Shown: positions 63,773-64,000 of the stretch, piece by piece
Position numbering within the stretch: position 1 is the stretch's first letter
Layout of the letters: each line of letters starts with the position of its first letter
NCBI GenBank assembly: GCA_038087875.1
Contig: JAXLNO010001705.1
Span: 248,001 to 312,000 of the forward strand
Direction: 5' to 3'
Length of the DNA: 64,000 nt
Source of the DNA: Malacoraja senta
Lineage: Eukaryota
Position numbers and translations under genes: made by a program
The notes under the pieces: model-generated
The model's input: only the letters and a program-made list of their open reading frames with translations
What the model was told of the DNA's origin: nothing
Database searches by the model: none

Positions 63773-63859
63773 GGCCCATGAGTGGGATACACACGGTCAG
63801 CCTGCTGCTCAGAAATTAACAGTGCATGAGTACTTCAAGAAAGGTCTGGACTACTACAG
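63773..63859 (+). CDS. RNASET2-like: RNase T2-family exon carrying CAS II ((W)AHEWDTHGQPAAQKLTVHEYFKKGLDYY-R)
   Basis: CTCTTTCCACAG| acceptor and AG|GTGAGG donor; 87 nt with only one open frame. WxHEWxxHG matches the CAS II motif FWxHEWxKHGTC, and YF..GLDYY matches YF..SLELY. Confidence 0.87.
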
Positions 63860-64000
63860 GTGAGGACCTGATGTGTGTATCTCACTGACATGCAGCCCCA
63901 CCACCACCACCCACGGGGGGAGAGAGAGACAAGTGAGGGAGGGTGGCAAAGAGACAAATATATGGAAGGAGGGAGAGAGACAGAGGCAGGGAGATGGAGA

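Noticed and set aside
31828-63792. Remaining 60-220 aa ORFs outside the Ig and RNase exons
   Set aside because: They map to CR1, L2, Rex1, Penelope or DIRS fragments or their antisense frames, or show no recognisable motif.

Overview
Vertebrate genomic DNA from a cartilaginous fish, most likely a skate or ray, judged from the Ig sequences and repeat families. No database search was possible, so all calls come from motif recognition and manual translation. The window has four blocks. (1) 661-31350 is a ~30.7 kb pentamer-based satellite (GACTT/GAAAT/GGATT) with a ~2.76 kb higher-order repeat and two transposon insertions. (2) 31351-45772 is an IgM heavy-chain cluster on the + strand. It has a pre-joined, out-of-frame V-end/D/JH junction whose V is cut off by the satellite, a CH1 with three frameshifts, an intact CH2, a CH3 with an ambiguous acceptor, and an intact CH4 with secretory tail and poly(A) signals. 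No TM exon is visible. (3) From 49039 to the window end, four small exons missed by the ORF track splice in frame into a divergent RNase T2-family protein. Both catalytic His motifs are present, the CAS II Lys is lost, and one disulfide pair is lost together. The gene starts about 3.3 kb behind the IgM poly(A) site on the same strand. (4) The introns carry CR1, L2, Rex1, Penelope and V-SINE copies and a structurally complete but decayed DIRS element. The RNase T2 paralog beside the Ig cluster is the most notable observation.
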